The notes: generated by a model from the letters alone, not told the origin. 64,000 nt of DNA from Bdellovibrionales bacterium (GCA_965219095.1 CBDCMT010000001.1:800001-864000); one strand, 5' to 3'. Numbered from the stretch's first letter, positions 20,455-30,642 are shown. Made by a program: numbers and translations.

Positions 20455-21348
20455 ATGAAAACAAAACTATTTTTAACCATTTTAACAGGAGGACTGTTCA
20501 TCTTCACAGGACAGAGTTCATTTACAGCTATAGTAGAAACAAACAACGTTCAAGAGTTAGAACAGTTAGAAAGGAGAGTGGTAAACTCCAGTATTCCTAA
20601 CGGTTACTTCACAATGAAAATGGGAAGTGGGAGTGACAAAAAAACAGTAGAGATTCACATAAAGACTATCTATCAAAACAATAAGGAGTCTTTTACTTTT
20701 GCTTTATTGTTTTACCCCTTTGAAGACGGGGTAAAAAAGGCCAAGCTGTTTACAGTCAGTGCTTTAAGTGATGGAAATAGCCATTGGTTTTCTCTCTATC
20801 AAACAGAGAGCTACTACATGTCAGACGGTACAGAAATTTCCTATAGAGGACAATTTATAGGAGATAGAGGAAAGAGAACTTTGATTCTAATAGAAAGTAA
20901 TGAAACATGTGAGACTTTCAATTCTTCCCAAATGGAGTTTAAAGAAAGCTCAAAAAGAAAAAAATGGAATCCTATTCCTCTTCATTTCACAGATAAAAGC
21001 TCTCAAATGGCTTTAAATGGCTCTGTTTTTAATGGTGAAATTTTTGGAAAGGCAGGTACCTGGTCAGTTGAGAGAATCGGATCTTCTTATGTGGGAATTC
21101 TACGCAGACAAAGAGATTCTCAATACACAGCTTCAGGCTATGATTCAGAAAGAAGAATTCATGCTCTTATGGTTTCTATCAACAAAGATCTTTTCTTCCT
21201 CAATGAATCTCCTCGAAATTCTTTATCCTGCTTAGTAGAAGTGTCTTCCACTCAAAAAAAGAAAAGAAAAGAAAAGAAAAGAAAAGAAAAAGAAAAGAAA
21301 AGAAAAGAAAAAGAAAAAAGTAACTCGACCCTCATACGGTGGTCCTAG
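20455..21348 (+). CDS. Secreted hypothetical protein with a (GAAAA)n-encoded basic C-terminus
   Basis: Signal peptide MKTKLFLTILTGG; RBS AAGGAG. Confidence 0.75.
   Translation: MKTKLFLTILTGGLFIFTGQSSFTAIVETNNVQELEQLERRVVNSSIPNGYFTMKMGSGSDKKTVEIHIKTIYQNNKESFTFALLFYPFEDGVKKAKLFTVSALSDGNSHWFSLYQTESYYMSDGTEISYRGQFIGDRGKRTLILIESNETCETFNSSQMEFKESSKRKKWNPIPLHFTDKSSQMALNGSVFNGEIFGKAGTWSVERIGSSYVGILRRQRDSQYTASGYDSERRIHALMVSINKDLFFLNESPRNSLSCLVEVSSTQKKKRKEKKRKEKEKKRKEKEKSNSTLIRWS
21254..21320 (+). repeat. Imperfect (GAAAA)n microsatellite
   Basis: About 67 nt of pure purine, GA4-6 units. Confidence 0.9.
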
Positions 21349-21403
21349 ATTTTAAGGGGAAAAATATGAAAAAAATAAACAAAATAAATAAAGGAGGGAA
21401 AAA

Positions 21404-22747
21404 ATGAAAACAATCATTACAAACAAGGGAGAAAAAATGAAAACAATCATTCAAAACGCTTTTATTATTGTGACAGTCTTTTTTACAATGACGTCTACGG
21501 CGAATTCTTTAATAGGAACAGGAGCTGGTAATGGCGGGAATGGTCCAAGGCAAAGTGACAATACAACTACAGTAGCTCAACTACAACCTGAAGAGACTCA
21601 AAACAACCAACAAGATAACAAGGCAGTAGATTATGAGGTTTACAGTGATTTAGGTCCTCTCTACTACTGGGGAAACAATTCTATACACGAGCTTCGATCT
21701 GCTTTACACTCAGCTCGCCTTCAAATCATAAAAGGCTTCTACAATAAGGCTGGACAAGTCCTTATTGACGCTTTGTCAAACACATCAAAGTCTTTTCCCA
21801 AAAAAACCGTTGATCACGGAAGTCCTTTAACTAAAAAACTTATTGATCGAGGAATTCTTTATGCTCGCAATATTAAAACAGCTTTTCAAGAGGGAGGTTT
21901 TACAAAAACAGAAATTCACACAGAAACTTATTTTCTTGAGGGCTATGTTCAAATGATCATCAACGCTTGGGAAGAGATCGATCAAGACTACTACATTCCT
22001 TACTACCACAGCTACGAGAGACGATGTTCTCCCCACTATTACTGTGAAGACTTTAGTTATATCGATTTTCACAGAAAGTACATTGAATATGTAATCAAAG
22101 AAATAGAATTCGTTCTCAACAACTTCACCGAAGAATCCCATATAGTTTATAGAGGTCCAATGATTCTTCCTATAGGGGATGTTCGTGCTGTTCTTTTAAT
22201 CTCTGAAATTATGTCCATAAAAGTGTCTAAAGATATTTTGGAAACTCTTTGGCCCTATAAATATGGTTATATTGCTTTTAGATTGCAGGAGCTTCACAAA
22301 AACTTGAAAGATTTTAATAGAAAAAATAATCGTTTAGTTTACCCTGATGCTGTAGCAGCTTTAAACAGCTCTCGAGGAATCCATTCTACTTTTCTATTTG
22401 CTGTAGAAGAATTAGAAAAAGAAGGAGGCCATTACAGTAGAAAAGTTCATAATCCGGTTCTAGCAAGAAATATTTTTCTTTCTTCTAACAATCCAGAATA
22501 CACCATTCATCTTAATTACTCCATACGAATCAATTGTCTTGTTGTGACAGGAGAAGCTTATCGTAGTGACGGACGTGTAAAAGTTCTGGTTAATGGACAG
22601 ATCAAAGGAGATCTTTATCTTCCAAGACGGGATCCCCAGTATGTTGTAAACGTTGATAGTCGAGCTAACTCCATTAGATTTGTTATGGAACAAGGAACCA
22701 ATGTAAGAATTCAATCAGTTAAGATAAGAGAAGACTGCTATCGCTAG
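21404..22747 (+). CDS. Secreted GNGG-motif protein with a probable C-terminal beta-sandwich domain
   Basis: Signal peptide then GTGAGNGGNG; beta-rich tail VKVLVNGQIKGDLYLPRRDPQYVVNV; start duplicated (21404 and 21437). Confidence 0.75.
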   Translation: MKTIITNKGEKMKTIIQNAFIIVTVFFTMTSTANSLIGTGAGNGGNGPRQSDNTTTVAQLQPEETQNNQQDNKAVDYEVYSDLGPLYYWGNNSIHELRSALHSARLQIIKGFYNKAGQVLIDALSNTSKSFPKKTVDHGSPLTKKLIDRGILYARNIKTAFQEGGFTKTEIHTETYFLEGYVQMIINAWEEIDQDYYIPYYHSYERRCSPHYYCEDFSYIDFHRKYIEYVIKEIEFVLNNFTEESHIVYRGPMILPIGDVRAVLLISEIMSIKVSKDILETLWPYKYGYIAFRLQELHKNLKDFNRKNNRLVYPDAVAALNSSRGIHSTFLFAVEELEKEGGHYSRKVHNPVLARNIFLSSNNPEYTIHLNYSIRINCLVVTGEAYRSDGRVKVLVNGQIKGDLYLPRRDPQYVVNVDSRANSIRFVMEQGTNVRIQSVKIREDCYR

Positions 22748-24149
22748 CGGAAAGGAAAAAAATATGAAACTCATTATTACATTTTATTTTTTAATTTTTA
22801 TTCAAAGTTCTTTAACAACTAAAGCTTTTTCAGAAGATCCTTACCGTGAGGGAGTAGAGGCTGTTGTTTTGAACCAAGTGGATATAAATGAACTAAAAGC
22901 TTATGCTGAAAACACCAAATCTATTTTAGAAAGGGCTCTTTATGAAGCAAAAGAGAAGCCTTCTAATGAAGCTCTCCTAATTTATGAGAAAGCAATTCAT
23001 GAGGCTGTTTTTCAGTCTTTTGTAAAAAAGAAGCACTTTGAACTTCTTATGCGCTTTATCCTTAACCAAGCTCGTGATTTGGTCTCAGGAACTCCAGGAA
23101 AATCAGGAGAAGAATCAAGTTCGAGAAAAGAAGGTGTTTTAAAAAGGACTTCTAAAAAGGATTTATCTCTTGTTATTTATGAAGAATCCTTTCGACTAGC
23201 TCTTAACTTTTATTCTGATGATAAGGAAACTCTTTCTAGCATGGAAGAAACTCTTTTTTCAAACTCAGACTCAGACTCAGTTATAACTCTTATTCCCTAC
23301 AATAAGATGGCCTTTGAAAGGTTGCGTATTTCTCAACAGTGGGTTGGTGGTGTTTTTGAAGAAGACCTTAAATTTGAATTTTTAATGAGAATTTTAGAAC
23401 ACTGGCTTTTAACTGTGTCTCAAAAAACAAATTTGCAAAAAACAAAGATGGGTGCTTTGATTCTTTATGTTCAAGATGTTCTGGGGCGTGTGAAACTTCA
23501 ATCTTCAACAGGTGCTAAAGTTCGGTTACTAAAAGGTGCAGTAAGGTGGGTTTTAAAACAATCCTTTTTTCAGGATTTTGTTACACCTAACAACAACTAT
23601 TATTATACAAAACCACAGCTTGGTTGTTGGAAAGAGTGGTTTATAGAAGTGATTGGTTATTCTAATGGAAGATTAAGATTGCAATGCTATAAAAAAAGTT
23701 ACCTGAAAACACAGGATTCTTATCTTACAAAACCACAGCTTGGTTGTTGGAAAGAGTGGTTTATAGAAGGAGTGATTAGTTATTCTAATGGAAGATTAAG
23801 ATTGCAATGCTATAATAAAAAAAGTTACCTGAAAACACAGGATTCTTATTTTACAGACCCAAAATTTGGTTGTTGGAAGGGATTTGTAAAAAGGAGGACT
23901 ACTAATTATGGTTTGCAATGCTATAAAAAAAGTTACCTGAAAACAAAGGATTATTATTATACAGACCCAAAATTTGGTTGTTGGAAGGGATTTGTAAAAG
24001 GGAGGACTGGTACTTATGGTTTGAAATGCTATAAAAAAAGTTACCTGAAAACAAAGGGTTCTTATTTTACAGAACCAAAATTTGGTTGTTGGAAGAGATT
24101 TGTAAAAGGGAGGTATGGTATTTTTGGTTTGCCATGCTATAAAAAAAGT

Positions 24150-25657
24150 GGCTCCTCCCGGGAATCTGTGGGTGAAAAGTAGTAGAAATCCTCCAAAAAG
24201 GCTCATATTAATCAAAGTAAGAGTAAGACATCCTATCTTGTATTTTTGAGTTCTTTGAGGCCTTTACTGGCCTCTATCACCTCCGGTGATTGAACTCAAA
24301 AACATTCTTTTATTTGCTGTATTACATTAAAATTTTAAAAAAGAAGCACCTACTTCCCAGATGCCTTAAAATGTTATTCAAAAAAAAAAAAAGGAGGGAA
24401 GAGATGCTTTTGAAGACTATACTAAATGATTGTTTAAGATGGAAGTCTTTTGTATACGGAGACATTTATTTTTCAAAAGATAGAAAGTCAATTAATGTTC
24501 CTATTAAGGCTCGTAAAAATGGCCAAGCTTTTTGTAGTGTTTGTAAGAAGCCCTGTTCAGTGTATGACAGCAGTAAATCATCACGGGACTTTGAATCCCT
24601 TCCTATTTTAAGTTACAGGGTGTTTTTTGTTTATTTTGTAAGAAGAGTTAATTGTCCTTGCTGTGGGGTAAAAGTTGAGTATTTACCTTGGGCCGATGGT
24701 AAGAAGAGTTTAACGATCTTTTACATGAAGTATTTAGCAGACTGGTGTCGTCACCTGTCTTGGAAAGAGGTTTCTTGTAAGTTTCATGTCAGTTGGAATC
24801 AGGTCTATGCTTCGGTAGAATGGGTCGTAGAATATGGTTTAAAACAAAGGGTTTTAAAGGGAATACAAGCTATAGGTGTAGATGAAATACAATGGAAAAA
24901 GAACCATCAGTATCTCACCTTAGTCTATGAAATAAGCAAAACCCGTGTACGCTTGTTGTGGATAGGAGAGAAAAGAACAGAAAAGAGTTTTAGAAAATTC
25001 TTTGATTTACTAGGAGAGAAGTCAAAAGATATACGGTTTGTGTGTTCTGATATGTGGAAGCCTTATTTAAAAGTCATAAAGGAGAGGGCAAGTGGAGCTT
25101 TACACATATTAGATCGGTTTCATATCGTAGCAAGACTCAATAAGGCTTTAGATGAAGTGAGAGCTTCAGAACACAAAAAAATGAAAGAAGACGGGTATGA
25201 ACCCCTTTTAACAAAAGCTAGATGGCCCTTGTTAAAAAATGCAGAAAATTTAAAATCTTATGAAAAAGTAAAATTAAGGCATTTAATACAGTACAATTTA
25301 AAAAGTATCCGCTGTTATTTTTTAAAAGAAGACTTCCGACAGTTATGGACCTATGTTCCACCAACTTGGGCTGGTAAATTTATAGACAGTTGGACGAGAC
25401 GAGTCATGCTTTCAAAAATTGAACCTATGAAAAGAAAAGCAAAAACCATACGAAGACATAAGCTACTTATTCTTAATTACTTCAAGGCTAAAAAAACCTT
25501 CTCCTCAGGGATTGTAGAGGGTTTAAACAACAAAGTAAAACTCACTATGAGAAAATCTTACGGCTTTAGAACCTCTAAAGCTATAAAAATCGCCTTATAT
25601 CATAACCTTGGAAAACTGCCAGAACCTCCGGGAACCCACAGATTCTTTTGAGGAGGC
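24150..25657 (+). mobile_element. ISL3-family element, apparently intact
   Basis: Ends GGCTCCTCCCGGGAATCTGTGGG / GCCTCCTCAAAAGAATCTGTGGG; 8-bp TSD AAAAAAGT. Confidence 0.93.
24404..25651 (+). CDS. ISL3-family transposase
   Basis: CSVC/CPCC zinc finger, IGVDE, CSDMWKPY, LDRFHIV, VEGLNNKVK..SYGFR. Confidence 0.92.
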   Translation: MLLKTILNDCLRWKSFVYGDIYFSKDRKSINVPIKARKNGQAFCSVCKKPCSVYDSSKSSRDFESLPILSYRVFFVYFVRRVNCPCCGVKVEYLPWADGKKSLTIFYMKYLADWCRHLSWKEVSCKFHVSWNQVYASVEWVVEYGLKQRVLKGIQAIGVDEIQWKKNHQYLTLVYEISKTRVRLLWIGEKRTEKSFRKFFDLLGEKSKDIRFVCSDMWKPYLKVIKERASGALHILDRFHIVARLNKALDEVRASEHKKMKEDGYEPLLTKARWPLLKNAENLKSYEKVKLRHLIQYNLKSIRCYFLKEDFRQLWTYVPPTWAGKFIDSWTRRVMLSKIEPMKRKAKTIRRHKLLILNYFKAKKTFSSGIVEGLNNKVKLTMRKSYGFRTSKAIKIALYHNLGKLPEPPGTHRFF

Positions 25658-25861
25658 AAAAAAGTTACCTGAAAACACAGGATTCTTATTTTACAGACCC
25701 AAAATTTGGTTGTTGGAAGGGATTTGTAGGAAGTATGAGTTATTATTTTGGACAACTTTTATGCGAGAAAAAAGATAGAAGGAGAAAAAAATGACATAGA
25801 GATAATAGGGAAAGAAAAAAATATAAACAAACAGAACAAAGAAGGACCTTTTAGGGTTGTA

Positions 25862-27541
25862 ATACCAATTACAGAAATTAATTCGACATTTTTATGTTCA
25901 AATTTAAAATTTTAAAATTGACTTAAGGAAAAGTTTCAGTTAGGAGGTTTTAAAAAAACTTCTTTTAAGGTGAGTTTAAGTTTTCATAAGATATGTTTAT
26001 TTCATGTATATCTATTGTTGTGTGAATCGATTGATGGGTTAAAATAAGTGTAAAAAAGTGAGGTTAAAATTTAAAATGAAAAAAATCAGTTACACAATTT
26101 AATTTATAGGTTCAAATTAATTTACAAGCTTGATTCATCGTAAGTCGGTTTTTTAACAGCCCTTGACTCCTATAAGAAGATGTTTCTTAGATTTTAAAGG
26201 AGAAGTTTTTATTGATCTTGTTGTAAAACAAGCTTGAACAAGCCTGTAAGACGTTTTCCTAAGATCTTCCCCGTTACAAAAGTATTAGAGATAGAATAAT
26301 TCTTAGTTTTTTTTTCGTATTGTGATTTTCTTTGTGCTTTATTTTTTAAGAACCCCCCTCCTTATAGGAGTCAAGGGCTGTCAGACAACCGAGTTACGAT
26401 TCATCTTGTTGTTTTGTCCAAGATCGAGTGCATAATTTTTTAATCCTGCCCTCCTGATCGCAAAAAGTATTCCAGGCCTCACAACAAGTATTCAGTATAT
26501 GGTCATAGTTTTTAAAACATGCATTCGATAATTTGATCCTTCGTAATTGTTGCCAGACTTGTTCCATGGGATTTAATTCTGGACTATAAGGAGGTAAAGG
26601 CATCAGGGATAAATTCTTAGGAACTATCAAAGTCTCTGTGGTATGCCAACTGGCTCTGTCCATTAAAACAATTCCATGATAGTTTTCTTGAATATTTTTA
26701 GATATCTCATCTAAGTGAATTTGCATCATCCCTGAATTACATTCCGGTAAGATCCAAGCACAGCCTTTATCTCTATCCGGACAAACTGCTCCAAAAATAT
26801 AAGTGGATAAAAATTGTCTTTGCCTCACAACTCTAGGCCGTGTGCCTTTTCTTGCCCAAATCCTGCTCAAAGAACCTTGCTGAGCTTATTCTGCATTCAT
26901 CCTGCCACCAAATCTCTATTTTATGAGTCTGAATCTTTTCTTTTATTTTCTCCACCTCTTCTGGAAAATGTTCCTTAAACTGTTCCATAGCTTCTTAATG
27001 AACTTTTAGGATGAAGAGAACGACCACTGATCCATACAATATTAAGACGGTCTAAAGAAACATAAACCCCAGAAAGAGAATAGCAACAGTCAAATTCATC
27101 TGCTAAAAGTTTCTGTATTTCCTTTGCTCCTATGCTTCCTCCCTCTCTTTTGTCTTGAATTTCATCTAACTTGATTTTGAAGTTCTCTTCTTCTGTCACT
27201 GGCAAACGAGGCTTGCGTCCTCTGCCTTCTCGATCTATCAATCCCTCGTAATCAAAGTCTACAAAAAAAGACTGTAACCAGGATTTGATACTGTGACGGT
27301 GATACAAAACCATACCTGCTGTTTCTTGAATCGATTTTCCTTCTTGCATATGCTGCAAAGCCAATAATTTTGTCTTGATGTTGGCACTTCTTTCTACTTT
27401 GTAAGTAGCTAGAAAATTATACCCTTGAATCTGTGTAACTAAATCTTTTTTCGACATGACTCTAAAAATTTAACAGAGTTTGATCAAAAAGCCAGGACGC
27501 AATGCGTTAAAAAATGTCGAATTAATTTTTGGAAATGGTAT
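25862..27541 (-). mobile_element. IS630-family element with frameshifted transposase (26975-27457 and 26394-about 26940)
   Basis: IRs ATACCAATTACAGAAATTAATTCGACATTTTT / ATACCATTTCCAAAAATTAATTCGACATTTTT with TA flanks; MDRASWH, LPPYSPELNPME. Confidence 0.85.
26140..26397. mobile_element. 258-bp non-autonomous MITE with IS66-like ends
   Basis: IRs GTAAGTCGGTT..ACAGCCCTTGACTCCTATAAG / GTAACTCGGTT..ACAGCCCTTGACTCCTATAAG; 8-bp TSD GATTCATC. Confidence 0.88.
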
Positions 27542-27679
27542 TACGCATGGCTTCGAACCGCTAAAGTCAGGGGAAAAAATTTGTGTTTCAAAGCATTAAA
27601 ACACTTTTTTTGTTGCATTGGATTGGATAGTGCAGTTAGAGTTAGGAGGCAAAATAATAAACAAAAAGAGGAGGAAAAT

Positions 27680-28459
27680 ATGAAAATAATACTAAAAACT
27701 GTAATGGCAATCATCTTAGGGTCTTTTTTACTCGTAGGTTGTGGTGGCAATAAGGGTGCAAAACAGAATGAAAATCATCCGGCTTTAGCCAGACTTTTTG
27801 CAACACAGCTTAATAGGGTTTTAGATACCACCCATAAAGGTAGACGACATGATCTTGTACTCGTAAGGACATGGACTAAACAAACAGGCTACGCTGTTTA
27901 TCATGATAGAAACATCAATGAATATGTAGCTGTGTATCTTAACGATTTTACAGAGAACCATTCTGACATTGGTTCTTATTATAGGGAACAAGTTATAACT
28001 AATCTTGTAAAATCAGAAGAAAAAAGTGAAATTTATTTTTACACTTCTGAAGGCAACTGGATTGTTGACGATTACATCTATACAGATCCTAACACAGGAA
28101 GAGAGTACAGCGATCTAAAAGACACTTACAGCTACTATACAGGAATGGAGCTTGGCTTTATGGAAGAAAGTAAAGTTGAGAAATTCTCTGAAATCTTACG
28201 CACTCAGTTTAATGTGTCTGAAGACAAAGCCCCAGTAATGGCAGGGCTAGCTATTGAATTTGCAAACCTTGATCCAGATAGTCTGGACAGAGAGACGGCT
28301 AATTGGTATGCACAAGAAATGCTTGGAGTTTCATTTGATGAGGTGGAAGAAGCCACAGGTCCTGTTGAAATTCATAGGCTCTTTGTACAAGCAGCAACTC
28401 ACATGGATGTTCCCACTCAAAATGCTTACAACTTGATGGGTCTTTTCTTTCTTCGGTAA
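27680..28459 (+). CDS. Hypothetical lipoprotein
   Basis: RBS GAGGAGG; MKIILK..FLLVGC lipobox. Confidence 0.8.
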   Translation: MKIILKTVMAIILGSFLLVGCGGNKGAKQNENHPALARLFATQLNRVLDTTHKGRRHDLVLVRTWTKQTGYAVYHDRNINEYVAVYLNDFTENHSDIGSYYREQVITNLVKSEEKSEIYFYTSEGNWIVDDYIYTDPNTGREYSDLKDTYSYYTGMELGFMEESKVEKFSEILRTQFNVSEDKAPVMAGLAIEFANLDPDSLDRETANWYAQEMLGVSFDEVEEATGPVEIHRLFVQAATHMDVPTQNAYNLMGLFFLR

Positions 28460-28516
28460 ATGTATTTTTACTTGTGATAGTTGCAACTACTCAGATCATA
28501 ATACTTACTACACTTC

Positions 28517-28589
28517 AAAAAACCCCCTTTTTATCTTGCTAGAAAAAGGAGGGTTTTTGAAACACGGAAGCACTATATAGTGCTTCCGT
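28517..28589. terminator. Terminator-like hairpin followed by a perfect 26-bp palindrome
   Basis: AAAAACCC..TTTT/AAAA..GGGTTTTT hairpin, then ACGGAAGCACTAT|ATAGTGCTTCCGT at 28564-28589. Confidence 0.55.
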
Positions 28590-28629
28590 TTAGGTTTTCA
28601 TGTTTTTTCTCTAAAGAATCGACCGGAAA

Positions 28630-29058
28630 ATCTAAGCGTATTCACTATATAGCTCCAGTATGACTGTTCTTATAATACATCAAATCCCCTTCCTAGTGAC
28701 CAAACTCTTTTCTCAAAGCTATTTCAGGAGTTCTATGAGTGATGGACTTATACAGAGGGATTTTCTTCCTACCTGACAGTTTTCGTTTTCTGTGAAACTT
28801 CTTTTTTTTTCCTGCTTTGATGAAATAATTTTAACCACTCTGTGTTTCTCTCGTCAAAAAGATAAGCGTAAATGGATTCAGTAGAAATGGAAAAATTTTT
28901 GCCCTCTAACTTCATCCTTCCTACTATTTGTTCTGGAGACCAAGACATCTTTAAACCTTCTTTAACATATTTTTTTAAATTTGGATTTTTATCTATCTTT
29001 CTTTTCTTGGGCTTTTTCTTTCCTTTTTTTGAAAGATGATGAGTTGAAAGGAGATTCA
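28630..29058 (-). pseudogene. IS30-family transposase fragment
   Basis: WSPEQIVGRMK..ISTESIYAYL and GH*EGDL (GHWEGDL with W changed to stop). Confidence 0.78.
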
Positions 29059-30290
29059 TAGCTGAGATTTCTGTGATTGTTGAATCTCTCTTTAAGGTTG
29101 TGAACATTCTGATTGTTGTGTTTTTAGAAAAACAGGTTCGAAAAAATTCCAGCAACAGCGGTCTTCCTCCTTCGCAAGATTTTAGTCGTCAAGGGAATCG
29201 TAATAAGAAAGCTAGTGGGAGTCAGAAAAAGGGTTCTAGACTTGATAACAGTAAAGATACAAAACAGCGAGGAGACTGTCTTTCCCTCAGAGTGTTCTCA
29301 GTGTGGGATGTTTTTAAAGACAGCAGAGGTAAAAAGCCTTGAGAAGCGTAAAAAGATTGATATTTTTTATGAAATTCAGACCCATACTGTAACTTCTGAA
29401 GTTAAGGATTGTCCCTCATGTGGAGCTAGAAATAAAGGTCAATTCCCTAAAGGTATGAGTGGTCCTCTTCAGTATGGTATAGGCATTAGAGCTTCCATCA
29501 TCAATTTCATTATAGTTCAGATGCTGTCTTTTCAACGTGTTGGGGAACATTACATGGGGCTTATAGGTCGAATGATTTCTCCTGCAGTTATGTTGAGATA
29601 CATTGCTGAATTAGGAGAGTTTCTTAAAAGTTGGGAAGAGCAGATGAAAGAAAAGATACTTGAATCAGAGGTCATTCATGTTGATGAGACCTCTATGAGG
29701 GTTAAGGGTAAAAACTACTGGATTCATACTTATAGTTCAGGAGAATTAGTCTTGCAGTTTCTCCACCTTTCAGGTGGAAGGGAAGCCATAAAAGATATTG
29801 GTCTCTTGGATAGATATGGAGGAGTGCTTGTGCATGATTGTTGGAGTCCTTACTTTTGTTATGATAAGATAACTCATGCTTTGTGTGTGGCTCACCTTTT
29901 GAGAGAGCTTAAATTTATAGAAGAAAGCAATGGATTCAAATGGGCTACAAATCTCAAAAAACTTCTTAAAGAGACTGTGGAGCTAGTTCATAAAAAAGAG
30001 TCAAGAGTTCTGACTCAAAAAGAGTACGAAACTCTTCAGAGAAGGTATAGGAGTATTCTTACAAAAGGCTTAAAAGAGCTTCCAGAATTTCCTAAGAAAA
30101 ATGGCAAGAAAGGACGAATAAAGCATACACAAGCTCAAAACCTTTGGCTGCGATTTAAAAAGTATGAAGCAGAAATACTATGCTTTGCTAAAAGAAAGAA
30201 CGTAGATCCTACTAATAACAGAACTGAAAGAGATCTAAGAATGACTAAAGTGAAAAAGAAAGTGTCAGGGTGTTTCAGAACAGAAGAAAT
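29059..30290 (+). mobile_element. Truncated IS66 transposase copy
   Basis: Near-identical to about 1855-3080; 3' end replaced by an ISL3 mini-remnant. Confidence 0.88.
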
Positions 30291-30328
30291 GGCTCCTCCC
30301 GGGAACCCACAGATTCTTTTGAGGAGGC
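30291..30328 (+). mobile_element. 38-bp collapsed ISL3 (left end fused to right end)
   Basis: GGCTCCTC-CCGGGAA-CCCACAGATTCTTTTGAGGAGGC; the junction lies in CCGGGAA, present in both ends of the full element. Confidence 0.8.
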
Positions 30329-30642
30329 AAAAAATATTGACCTATGAATTTTCAAAGTCTTATACAGACATTTAAAAAATACCAGTCATAAGATTTTAAA
30401 CGCTTTGGGAAGATGTTAGGAAATAAAATGAGAAAAAGAAGAAAAGTTTCCTCAGTAGAAGTCAAGGGCTGTTAAGAAACCGACTTACGATTCAAGAGTA
30501 TGATTTTCTGGCTACTTACAATTGGATCTTATTTTTGAGTCCACTTTTTCAGCACAGTCCACAGTATAATATTTTTTCATAAAGAAAGTGGCTCATTTTA
30601 AAACACTTTAAAAAATTGTAATAAAAAACACTTTTTCGCTAT

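Larger units (their letters stand above)
22764..25794 (+). pseudogene. Cys-loop repeat protein paralogue 2 (6 repeats), interrupted by ISL3
   Basis: 22833-23649 matches 19148-19964; frame resumes after the IS at 25666 (YLKTQDSYFTDPKFGCW..CEKKDRRRKK*). Confidence 0.88.

Noticed and set aside
19906..24149. CRISPR-like repeat/spacer array
   Set aside because: Units are in-frame coding repeats of about 108-130 bp, the variable parts are homologous to each other, and no cas genes are present.
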